Part shown: piece by piece, positions 26,787 to 34,919 of the stretch
Layout of the letters: the number at the start of each line of letters is the position of its first letter
Numbering within the stretch: position 1 is the stretch's first letter
Assembly: GCA_019694475.1 (NCBI GenBank)
Contig: JAIBBX010000003.1
Span: 248,497-312,496 of the forward strand
From: Parachlamydiales bacterium
Lineage (GTDB): Bacteria; Chlamydiota; Chlamydiia; Chlamydiales; SM23-39
Direction of reading: 5' to 3'
DNA: 64,000 nt
Notes under the pieces: model-generated
What the model was told of the DNA's origin: nothing
Seen by the model: the letters and a program-made list of their open reading frames with translations, nothing else
Databases searched by the model: none
Program-made: the position numbers and the translations under genes

Positions 26787-27218
26787 TTATGCAAAGGAGT
26801 TGTTCGTAAGGAAGAGATCGCGCCAGTGATAGCCATCGAGCAGGCCTTCTGTAGAACGGCCCAAAATATGATGGGCGATATAGAGCGCTTCAACAGAAGC
26901 GAGGCCTTGCTCGGGATTCGGCTCTCTGGGGTAGGCTGTTTTGAAGTGAGTTGGAAGGCTTCGTTCTTCAAGCTTGAAAGGAAGTTGATTTTCCATTACG
27001 GCCGCAAGGCGCCAAGTCCCGTCAATCAGAAGAAGTCCTCGATCTGAGTCCTCTTTTGTCAAAGGAGGCGCGCCCACTTTGAGCAGAATAAAGCCTGTAA
27101 CATCGGGTAATTGATGGATCGGATAGGTATAAAAAGCTAGATCGTCCCGCTTTTCCAAGCCTCTCAAAGAGCATTTTTTTAAATTTTCCCGCCTGTGGCG
27201 CAGTATGATTGTTTTCAT
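26787..27218 (-). CDS. DTW-domain protein (aminocarboxypropyltransferase TapT/Tsr3-like family)
   Basis: LLLIDGTWRLA (DTW motif), KKCSLRGL, and LASVEALYIAHHILG. Confidence 0.6.
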   Translation of the reverse strand: MKTIILRHRRENLKKCSLRGLEKRDDLAFYTYPIHQLPDVTGFILLKVGAPPLTKEDSDRGLLLIDGTWRLAAVMENQLPFKLEERSLPTHFKTAYPREPNPEQGLASVEALYIAHHILGRSTEGLLDGYHWRDLFLTNNSFA

Positions 27219-29125
27219 CCAAAAATTTTGTGATCTGTCACTTTGAATAGGGTTTTCGGTATCTCATAGAGAAAGCGGGAAGGATTCGTAGGATGGGCTT
27301 TGCCCATTTTCAGCCGGGCGCGGGCCATGCTGAGGGTTAGAAATTGCTGCGCGCGTGTAATGCCGACGTAGAAGAGGCGTCTTTCCTCTTCAAGCCCTGT
27401 CTGCATCATGCTTTTTTCATGCGGCAAAATGCCATCTTCAAGCCCCACGAGAAAACAGATTGGGAATTCGAGTCCTTTTGCACTGTGAAAAGTCATCAGG
27501 TGGACTTTGTCATCCGTCTTTTTTTGGCTTGTGTGCATTTGACGGTTCAAAGTTGTGTTCGCGATGAAATCTTGAAGCGATTCTTCTTTTGCTTCAGCCA
27601 GCGCATTGACGCATTCTTGTACGTTTTCCCACTTAAAGGCCCGCATCTTTTCCGATTTGACATCTTCTTCAATGGCTTTTTTGTAGTTGATTTTCTCAAT
27701 CAGCCAGCTCATCGCTTCACCAAAAGGAGGCTCTTTAAATCTCCTTTGGGCTTCTTCAATCAGATCGACAAATGCCTTCACTGCCTTTTTATCTTCTTTT
27801 TCGAGTAAATTCCAAAGCGGCACATTTTGCGATCTGTTGGCTTTGGTCAACTCATCCAGATATGCGTCTGAAATGCCTCTTCTCGGCACATTGATGATGC
27901 GGAGCAGCGCTTCTTGGTCGACCGGATTTGCAATCACACGCAAGTAGGCGAGGAGATCTTTGATTTCGGCCCGCTCTGAAAATTCCATTCCTCCAAACAC
28001 TTCATAGGGGATGCCTCGCATCCATTTTCCATCTCGGTTTTGCCAGGAAGCTTGCATGAGCGCCATTTCAAATTGTCTCGAAAGGGCATTCGAGCGATAC
28101 AAAATGGCCATGTCGCGCCAGCGGAAATTTTGTTCCTTAAACCGAAGCAGCCGGCTCACGACTGCATTGGCTTCTTCCACATCAGTCGGCGCATTAAATA
28201 CTTCAATCAGCTCGGGACTTTTTGATGCGCTCCAAAGACTTTTTCCATGTCGGTTTTGGTTGTTTTTTATCACCGCATTGGCTGCATCCAAAATCGCAGA
28301 AATAGAACGGTAGTTTTGCTCTAATTTGATGATGTGGTCGGCCTTGAAGTTCAAGATGTTTTTCACTTCTGCGCCGCGCCAGCCGTAAATGGATTGGTCG
28401 TCATCGCCCACTACGCATAGGTTGTTATACTTGCCCGCTAGCAATTCGGCTAATCTAAATTGAGCCGGATTTGTGTCTTGGTATTCATCGATCATCAAGT
28501 AGCGGAAGCGGTCCTGATATTTTTCCAAAATTTTTGGATGTTCTTCGAATAGCTGAATGGTCAATGTAATCAAGCTATCAAAACTGACCGCGTTATAGGC
28601 TCTCAGCGATGAATTGAGCCTCACATAGAGGTCTTTGGAAAAGGTGTCGTGCCAAGTTGTCTCTTCTGCGGAAAGGCCCTGATTTGCCGCCTCTGCTAGA
28701 GCTGCTCTCGTTGGAGCAAGAGAAGGAAGTTCCCCTTCATGGCCCAGCATGTCTCTCGCCAGCTGCTGGACGAGTCTTTGCATATCGCGCTCGTCATACA
28801 GGCTGAATTCCTTCGTATATCCAAGTTTTTCGATCTCTTTGCGCAGCACCTGCATGCAAAAGCTGTGGAAGGTGCAAAGGGTGACTTGCTTGCCAACCTC
28901 GCCGATCAGTCCTTCAACGCGGTGGCGCATTTCTGCTGCGGCTTTATTTGTGAAGGTGAGGCCTAAAATCCCACTTGGATCTACTCCGAGCCTAATTAAA
29001 TGGGCGATGCGGTGGATGATGACCCTGGTTTTCCCGCTGCCGGCGCCGGCCAAAACGAGGACGCGGCCATTCACCGTTTCAACGGCTTGCTGTTGCGGAG
29101 CATTTAATGAGGGTTGTGATTTCAT
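27215..29125 (-). CDS. UvrD/PcrA/Rep-family DNA helicase
   Basis: Motif I AGAGSGKT, DEYQDT, and the remaining SF1 motifs. Confidence 0.9.
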   Translation of the reverse strand: MKSQPSLNAPQQQAVETVNGRVLVLAGAGSGKTRVIIHRIAHLIRLGVDPSGILGLTFTNKAAAEMRHRVEGLIGEVGKQVTLCTFHSFCMQVLRKEIEKLGYTKEFSLYDERDMQRLVQQLARDMLGHEGELPSLAPTRAALAEAANQGLSAEETTWHDTFSKDLYVRLNSSLRAYNAVSFDSLITLTIQLFEEHPKILEKYQDRFRYLMIDEYQDTNPAQFRLAELLAGKYNNLCVVGDDDQSIYGWRGAEVKNILNFKADHIIKLEQNYRSISAILDAANAVIKNNQNRHGKSLWSASKSPELIEVFNAPTDVEEANAVVSRLLRFKEQNFRWRDMAILYRSNALSRQFEMALMQASWQNRDGKWMRGIPYEVFGGMEFSERAEIKDLLAYLRVIANPVDQEALLRIINVPRRGISDAYLDELTKANRSQNVPLWNLLEKEDKKAVKAFVDLIEEAQRRFKEPPFGEAMSWLIEKINYKKAIEEDVKSEKMRAFKWENVQECVNALAEAKEESLQDFIANTTLNRQMHTSQKKTDDKVHLMTFHSAKGLEFPICFLVGLEDGILPHEKSMMQTGLEEERRLFYVGITRAQQFLTLSMARARLKMGKAHPTNPSRFLYEIPKTLFKVTDHKIFG

Positions 29126-29546
29126 TTTGGATATCTGAAAATTTGGCTCCTTTGGCGCACTGTCTGGGGACGACGTGGATTTCCCAGGATGGCAAAGAAT
29201 TTTGGCGATAGGCTTCCCTGACCAATCGTTTAAACCGGTTGCGTTCGGGGGCTGAGCCGTATTTGCTGGAGGCGCTGATCCCTAAGCGCCCTTTTTTGGC
29301 TGGGCGCAAGTCGATGCAAAGAAAACGGCCTACGAGCCGTTTTCCTTCACGCATAACTTTATTGAATTCCCAGCGTTTGAGGAGGCGGGATTCTTTAGGG
29401 AAAGTTAAGCAGCCAATTTTTTTCTGCCAGCTCTGCGGCGGCGGTTGATGACTTTCCTTCCGGAGGTCGTTTTCATTCTGGCGCGGAAGCCGAATTTTTT
29501 TCTGCGGCGGGTTTTGCTTGGCTGGTATGTACGTTTCATAATTCAT
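29079..29546 (-). CDS. rnpA: RNase P protein component (start uncertain; the ORF overlaps all of rpmH out of frame)
   Basis: [18 protein letters not shown]...[14 protein letters not shown] (RNR motif). There is no ATG/GTG/TTG between the conserved core and the ATG at 29546. Confidence 0.8.
   Translation of the reverse strand: MNYETYIPAKQNPPQKKIRLPRQNENDLRKESHQPPPQSWQKKIGCLTFPKESRLLKRWEFNKVMREGKRLVGRFLCIDLRPAKKGRLGISASSKYGSAPERNRFKRLVREAYRQNSLPSWEIHVVPRQCAKGAKFSDIQNEITTLIKCSATASR
29405..29539 (-). CDS. rpmH: 50S ribosomal protein L34
   Basis: Absent from the track. Translation is [44 protein letters not shown]. Confidence 0.9.
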   Translation of the reverse strand: MKRTYQPSKTRRRKKFGFRARMKTTSGRKVINRRRRAGRKKLAA

Positions 29547-29624
29547 CCGATTCTATAAAATGATTTTTCTGCAAGGATATATCAATGAGATAGATATTTT
29601 CAATAAGAATAAAGAGAGAGAAAA

Positions 29625-29865
29625 GACGTCGGGCATGCTACGCGCCATAAGAAACGCAAAACGCTAAACGCAGAATGCAAAACTATGGGCTGACGCATCG
29701 GCCCCGCTGGGTCAGCGGGGGCCCCCGCGCGTCAGTGCTGAGGGGGAAGCCCCCTCGCACCCCCATTTGTGCGCGAAGCATTGGGTGCATGCAAAGGAGG
29801 GCTTCCCTCCTTATGCCCGGAACGCGGGGGCGCAGCGCCGAATGGCGCGTAGCATGCCCGGCGTC
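29625..29865. repeat. GC-rich palindromic repeat element, copy E1 (MITE/REP-like)
   Basis: 22-bp terminal inverted repeats, gacgtcgggcatgctacgcgcc / ggcgcgtagcatgcccggcgtc (21/22). The core cagtgctgagggggaagccccctcgcacccc is shared with 53757 and 54984. GC content is far above the flanks. Confidence 0.8.
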
Positions 29866-29946
29866 ATAATCTAACTTACTTTCTACCGCTTGAATAAAAA
29901 TGGCGATAGGTATATAAATATAGCCTTTGAACGTAAGGAACATTTC

Positions 29947-30084
29947 ATGAAAGTCGGAGCTTCTATTAAAGCCGATCCTTCCAAGGGCGACATCATCGTA
30001 CGCCGCCAAGGACGGATTTACGTAATCAACAAGAAAGACCCTAACCGCAAGCAGCGCCAAAAAGGGCCTGCCCGTAAGAAATAA
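29947..30084 (+). CDS. rpmJ: 50S ribosomal protein L36 (Cys-less variant)
   Basis: [45 protein letters not shown]. The track ORF starts upstream at 29890. Confidence 0.85.
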   Translation: MKVGASIKADPSKGDIIVRRQGRIYVINKKDPNRKQRQKGPARKK

Positions 30085-30092
30085 GAGGAAAC

Positions 30093-30398
30093 ATGGCCAA
30101 AAAATCGCAAGTCGCTAGACAGCAAAAACGGGAACGGATGGTAAAAAATAAGTGGGATAAAAGAAAAGCCCTCAAAGACACCATTCTCGATATGACCAAA
30201 CCCATCGATGAAAGGCTCGCAGCTGTCGACGCTTTGAATAAAATGCCAAAAAATTCCTCCAGAATCAGACTCCGCAACCGCTGCCAATTCACCGGCAGAT
30301 CCCGCGGATTCTTGCGCAAATTCAAACTTTCACGCCTTTGCTTCCGCGAAATGGCAAACCAGGGTCTCATCCCAGGCGTTGTGAAAGCTTCTTGGTAA
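30093..30398 (+). CDS. rpsN: 30S ribosomal protein S14 (long form)
   Basis: [14 protein letters not shown]...[41 protein letters not shown]. Confidence 0.9.
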   Translation: MAKKSQVARQQKRERMVKNKWDKRKALKDTILDMTKPIDERLAAVDALNKMPKNSSRIRLRNRCQFTGRSRGFLRKFKLSRLCFREMANQGLIPGVVKASW

Positions 30399-30425
30399 AA
30401 AATTTTCCCGATTAAAAGGGTGTTG

Positions 30426-30466
30426 GCAATTTAAGTGTTTAACGACACTTAAATTGCTTTTTTTTT
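30426..30466 (+). terminator. Rho-independent terminator after rpsN
   Basis: 13-bp perfect stem gcaatttaagtgt/acacttaaattgc with a 6-nt loop, followed by T9. Confidence 0.8.
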
Positions 30467-30857
30467 ACAGCGTCTCTAATTTTAGAGTCTCTTTAAGTGG
30501 CTTCCAATCTGTCAGTTCTTCATGCCAAACATAGGTTGACAAGCCGATTTTTCCAGATTTCCAAGCTGAATTCAGTGCGTCGAAGCTCATCGGCCCTTGC
30601 TGTGCGTGGGAAGGATCTAGATAGTACCAAAGCTTGTCTGAGGGACCGTCGATCCGGAAAACGGGCTGCTGAGGAGCAGGCGCCGGCGCTTTTTTGGATG
30701 AGGTGAAAAAAATGGCAAAGATGCCGAAAATGCCAAATAAAAAACCGATAAAAAACCAAAGATAGGGGTTTTTGCCTCGTTTGAAGGCTAAGTAGGCCGA
30801 AATCGTTCCGATTACTGCCGCGCCGATAAGCATGACGGGATTGAAGGGTATATTCAT
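30465..30857 (-). CDS. Membrane protein with a C-terminal GYF_2 (DUF4339) domain
   Basis: Two TM segments, then WYYLDPSHAQQGPMSFDALNSAWKSGKIGLSTYVWHEELTDWKPL. Confidence 0.65.
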   Translation of the reverse strand: MNIPFNPVMLIGAAVIGTISAYLAFKRGKNPYLWFFIGFLFGIFGIFAIFFTSSKKAPAPAPQQPVFRIDGPSDKLWYYLDPSHAQQGPMSFDALNSAWKSGKIGLSTYVWHEELTDWKPLKETLKLETL

Positions 30858-30953
30858 TTTATGAGTCCTTTGAGCTTAGGATACCCGATTTGAGAAAAAG
30901 TTTCCAATGTTGACCGATTTTGTTATAATGGCAAACAATTAGGAGAGAGGGTT

Positions 30954-31376
30954 ATGTACGACCAATTAAAAAATATGGATGCTAGGGAGCTGGAACTTCC
31001 TGAAACCGTTTTCATCCGAGACATCGATACCCGCGTCTTTCAAGCAATTGCTTTACAATGTTTGGCTAAAATCGAGGGAATCGGACTTTTGGAGGGCAAT
31101 CTTTTCGACAGTCTGCTCGGCCGCGAAGTCGAAAGGGTCAAAGGCATCCATGTCGAACAAGACCAGAAAAACCACTCTGTTGAAGTGAAAGTTGAAATCA
31201 ACATTAAGTATGGATTCAACATACCCTCTAAAGCAGAAGAGGTACAAGAGAAACTGGTCGAAGAAATCAGTAAATTGACCGGCCTCCACGTATCTTCTGT
31301 ACATGTGATTTTCAAAGATTTAATTGCAGTTTCGGCTGAACAGCCGGTACAAGGCGAATTTGAAGGGGCGTTTTAA
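30954..31376 (+). CDS. Asp23/Gls24 (alkaline shock protein) family
   Basis: Typical Asp23 layout: ...VKGIHVEQ...VEVKVEINIKYGFNIPSKAEEVQEKLVEEISKLTGL. Confidence 0.7.
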   Translation: MYDQLKNMDARELELPETVFIRDIDTRVFQAIALQCLAKIEGIGLLEGNLFDSLLGREVERVKGIHVEQDQKNHSVEVKVEINIKYGFNIPSKAEEVQEKLVEEISKLTGLHVSSVHVIFKDLIAVSAEQPVQGEFEGAF

Positions 31377-31870
31377 TGTTTTTCAAGCAGGCGATCGCAT
31401 CAGCTCTCCACCTCTTTGTGGTCTTCGCCTTCTTTACAGCAGGACTCTTTTTTGTCCTATTGCCCTATCTGCCTCTGACTCGGATTGAAATCATCGATTT
31501 CCTCTCAAACCGCTATGAGCAGTGCACCCAGATCGGAATGGGGCTCTTCCTCGTCGCACTCGTTTTTTTAATCGGCTTTTATGCTCTAAATCGGGGGAAG
31601 TATCTTGTGATACGCATCGGACTTTCTGCTGATTTAAGAGTCGTCCAGCATGCCATCGAAGATTGCTTTGCTAAGCAGTTTAAAAAGAAAATTTCACTTA
31701 AGGAAGTGGCTTTGGGACCAAAGTCCTACCTCGATTTTAAAGTCCAACTTGCCCCCATCGACGAGGCCGCTCGCGAAGACCTCTTCATCGAAGTAGAAAA
31801 ACACCTCAGTCTGCTCCTGCACGAAAGATTCGGCTATTCCAAGCCTTTCCACCTCATCGTAAAAATTTAG
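31376..31870 (+). CDS. Membrane protein, possibly an AmaP-like Asp23 anchor
   Basis: Two N-terminal TM helices. The start overlaps the asp23 stop (TAATG). Confidence 0.45.
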   Translation: MFFKQAIASALHLFVVFAFFTAGLFFVLLPYLPLTRIEIIDFLSNRYEQCTQIGMGLFLVALVFLIGFYALNRGKYLVIRIGLSADLRVVQHAIEDCFAKQFKKKISLKEVALGPKSYLDFKVQLAPIDEAAREDLFIEVEKHLSLLLHERFGYSKPFHLIVKI

Positions 31871-31932
31871 TTTCCAAGTATTGCCTGCCTCATGTAAAGG
31901 GGTATTATAAGCGGTATTGCTGAAGGAGACTT

Positions 31933-32178
31933 ATGAATATCAAGCAAATTATTGGAATCATTTGCGGCGTCGTCATCCTCGGAATTGGTGCCTATCTCAT
32001 GAAATCAGGCTACAGTTCAATGGATGCGACCAAAGAAAAAATTAAGCATAAAATTACTGGAAATTATTCTAGCGGCATCAAAAATAACGTACGGGTTGGA
32101 GTTACTTTAATCGTTGTAGGCGTTGTTGTTGGAGCTGGACTTGTTTACTTTTTCAGATCGAGAAGAAAAGCTCATTAA
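31933..32178 (+). CDS. Small two-TM membrane protein
   Basis: 81 aa with GGAGA SD. TM segments at both ends. Confidence 0.5.
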   Translation: MNIKQIIGIICGVVILGIGAYLMKSGYSSMDATKEKIKHKITGNYSSGIKNNVRVGVTLIVVGVVVGAGLVYFFRSRRKAH

Positions 32179-32280
32179 TTTTTATTTAGCGGCGTAAATA
32201 TTTTGCGCCGCTATTCCGCTGTCTAATAAAATTGTTTTATTAGATTTATTGCCTGTTATTTGGTATAATTAACCTGTATT

Positions 32281-32286
32281 TATAAT
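32281..32286 (+). promoter_or_regulatory. -10 hexamer TATAAT, 8 nt upstream of the ATG at 32295 (possible leaderless mRNA)
   Basis: TATAAT at 32281-32286 and a second one at 32264-32269. No SD before the ATG. Confidence 0.3.
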
Positions 32287-32294
32287 ATAATAAA

Positions 32295-33053
32295 ATGGGG
32301 TTAATTATGTTTCCGGTTAATAAGGGTCAATATTTTGACCTTGATACTTTTCCTTTACATGCCGACGATAGGGCGCCGGCAGCAGACCTTAGTTTCAAAC
32401 AAAAATTATCTAAGCTTTTTTGCTGTTTCAGCCCATCTCAAACTCTCGAAGATCGTGAATCTGAAGCATCAACGCCAAGAGTTGATTTGAAGAAGAAAAA
32501 GATAAAAAATGAAAAACGAAGAGAGAGCGTCGAGTCGACCGATTCTGAGGGAAGCTCGCAAGGGTCTAGATCCAGTTCAAGGACTCCAACGCCTCCGCCT
32601 GAGCCGAGCACTCCCCTTGTTGTAGCAAGACCTGCTGTCTCATATGGTTCAACAGCAAATGCTAATCTTTTAAGCAGATTGCAGCAGGGACAAGACCAGC
32701 CTATGGCAAGAGCTATTCATGCGCAAAAGAGCGCCACGGTAGTAAAAGCTGCTGAAGTTCGAATGCAGCCGCGAGCCGAGACTATAGAAAGACTCGTTCA
32801 AGGCATTCAAGCTTTGAGCTCAAATACACCGGTAGTGACCGTCTCCCACCAAATTGGCGAGGAGTTTCAAGTTCATGTAGTCTATACTCGAAAAGATGGA
32901 CCGTTGCCTGGAGCCAAAGGTAAGAAAACGTATTTGATTCCTGTAGAAGAAATCAGATCTTTAGGATCTTCAAGTACAACAACCATTTTGGATTTGGGTG
33001 CGCATTTACGGGCTCACTTAAGAGAAAATTTCTCTCACATTACAATCAAATAA
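32295..33053 (+). CDS. Hypothetical Ser/Pro/Lys-rich, largely disordered protein (candidate secreted effector)
   Basis: 252-aa ORF with low-complexity KKKKIKNEKRRESVESTDSEGSSQGSRSSSRTPTPPPEPSTP and an AT-rich promoter island. No family recognised. Confidence 0.55.
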   Translation: MGLIMFPVNKGQYFDLDTFPLHADDRAPAADLSFKQKLSKLFCCFSPSQTLEDRESEASTPRVDLKKKKIKNEKRRESVESTDSEGSSQGSRSSSRTPTPPPEPSTPLVVARPAVSYGSTANANLLSRLQQGQDQPMARAIHAQKSATVVKAAEVRMQPRAETIERLVQGIQALSSNTPVVTVSHQIGEEFQVHVVYTRKDGPLPGAKGKKTYLIPVEEIRSLGSSSTTTILDLGAHLRAHLRENFSHITIK

Positions 33054-33104
33054 GATCATCTCCACGTCTTGTTTTTGGCGCCGTTCGATCAGCGGCGCCT
33101 TTCG

Positions 33105-34919
33105 TTAAAGTTGATCTGTTTTCGATCTCCACTCTAAGATCATCTCCACGTCTTGCTTAGTGATTCCTGGAACAGCTTGTATTTCTTCCGCTTTGGCTGC
33201 TTTCAGAGCTTTTACGCTTCCAAATTTCTGGAGCAGGCGCCGTTTTTTAATGGGGCCGATGCCAGGCAGAGTGTCGAGTTCGCTCGATATCGTCCTTTGG
33301 GATCGTCTTTTTCTGTGAAATTCAATCGCTTGCCGATGCGCTTCATCCCGTATTTTCTGCATCAGGAAGAGCATAGGAGAGCGGGGATCGATCAGATAAG
33401 GATCGGGCCGGTATGGGACATAGATCTTTTCTTGGGTAAGCCCCTTATCGTGGCGAGACTCTTCTTTAGTTAGCGCGATCACATCGACGGAGGCAATCCC
33501 GAGTTCTTGAAAAATCTCCAGTGCGATATTGAGCTGTCCCTTCCCGCCATCCACAATCAGAAGGTCGCAAAAATCGTTCTTTTCTTTCTCGCGGATGAAG
33601 TGGCGGTGCAGCACTTGCCGCATCGCTGTATAGTCGTCCGCTTTTTCCATCCCTTTGATCTTAAAGAGGCGGGTTCGCGATTTGTCCTTTTCTCCATTCA
33701 CAAAGCATGCAAGGCTGGCCACTGGATCGGTTCCTGAAATATTGGAGGTATCAAAACATTCGATGCGTCTCGGAAACCGGGTGAGCTGCAATGTTTCTTG
33801 CAGATCGAGAAGCATTTTTTCTTTGAGGGACCGGGCATCTTGTTCACGCACAAAGAGCGCTTTCGCATTCCGCTCGGCCATCTCGACGAGATCTTTTTTC
33901 TTCCCCTTTTGCGGCGTGTGGATTGAAACTTGCAAAATTTCCTCGACGTCGGCTTGTTGGGTCAGCATCAACGGAATGAAAATTTCGGCAGGCATTTTGG
34001 TATTATTTTTATAGTGCTGCAGGAGGAAAGACTCGATGATCTCGGCATCGCTGGAGGCGATGAGATGGAAGCTAAAATGCTCTGAACCGATCAGTTTGCC
34101 CTCGCGGAAAAAAAGGAGTGTGATTAGGACGGCGTCGGCTTCGCGGTAAAAGCCCACCACATCGCAATTTTTAGCCGCCGGATTGTCGACATGCACCACT
34201 TGCGTGACATGCTCCAGTTGATGGATCATCTCGAGGTAGGCGCCCGCTTTTTCAAACTCGAGTGCGTTTGCGGCTGCATCCATCCGCCGGTTCAGTTCGG
34301 CTAGCACCTCTTTGTCTTGCCCTTTTAGAAGGCGGGTGGCCGATTCAACATGGCTTGCATATTCTTCTTCGGTGCATTTATTCACGCAAGGAGCCAAGCA
34401 GCGTTTGATGTCGTAGAGAAGGCAAGGACGCTGGCGCGTGGCCAATTCTGCATCCGAGCACTGTCTAAGAGGAAAAAGACGCGAAATGAGATCAAAAGTT
34501 TGCCGCGCAGCTAAGGCATTTGTGTAGGGGCCGAAGTAGATGCCGTCATTTTTCGGTTTTCCCTTGTAGCGTACGATCCGGATCATTGGCCATTTGTGCC
34601 GAGTCACAACAAGGCTTACAAACGTTTTATCATCTTTGAGAAGAACGTTGTATTTTGGTTTATGAAGCTTGATGAGATTGTTTTCCAAGATGAGAGCATC
34701 TTTTTCAGTGAGAGCGATGATGGTGTCGATCACATCGATCTGCGCTGTGAGATAGGGGACCATTTCTCTCTGATCGCCTGATTCCGCAAAGTATTGCTTC
34801 AGACGGGAGCGGAGGTTTTTTGCTTTGCCCACATAGAGGACGGTTCCCTTGTCGTCTTTCATCAGATAGACGCCGGGCTGGTCGGGATAGAGGGCGAGAG
34901 TTTTAGGATCGAAGGGCAT
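33105..34919 (-). CDS. uvrC: Excinuclease ABC subunit C
   Basis: GIY-YIG N-terminus GVYLMKD..GTVLYVGKAKNL, UVR domain, and C-terminal HhH. Confidence 0.92.
   Translation of the reverse strand: MPFDPKTLALYPDQPGVYLMKDDKGTVLYVGKAKNLRSRLKQYFAESGDQREMVPYLTAQIDVIDTIIALTEKDALILENNLIKLHKPKYNVLLKDDKTFVSLVVTRHKWPMIRIVRYKGKPKNDGIYFGPYTNALAARQTFDLISRLFPLRQCSDAELATRQRPCLLYDIKRCLAPCVNKCTEEEYASHVESATRLLKGQDKEVLAELNRRMDAAANALEFEKAGAYLEMIHQLEHVTQVVHVDNPAAKNCDVVGFYREADAVLITLLFFREGKLIGSEHFSFHLIASSDAEIIESFLLQHYKNNTKMPAEIFIPLMLTQQADVEEILQVSIHTPQKGKKKDLVEMAERNAKALFVREQDARSLKEKMLLDLQETLQLTRFPRRIECFDTSNISGTDPVASLACFVNGEKDKSRTRLFKIKGMEKADDYTAMRQVLHRHFIREKEKNDFCDLLIVDGGKGQLNIALEIFQELGIASVDVIALTKEESRHDKGLTQEKIYVPYRPDPYLIDPRSPMLFLMQKIRDEAHRQAIEFHRKRRSQRTISSELDTLPGIGPIKKRRLLQKFGSVKALKAAKAEEIQAVPGITKQDVEMILEWRSKTDQL

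Noticed and set aside
29652-29686. The heptanucleotide tandem arrays (here and at 55223-55253), considered as a possible CRISPR array or minisatellite.
   Set aside because: The units are 7 nt with no spacers and only 4-5 copies, so this is not CRISPR. They are retained only as part of the GC-rich element description.
29675-30060. ORFs 29675..29869 (+) and 29683..30060 (-) across element E1.
   Set aside because: This is the same GC artefact. The minus-strand ORF also runs antisense through rpmJ.
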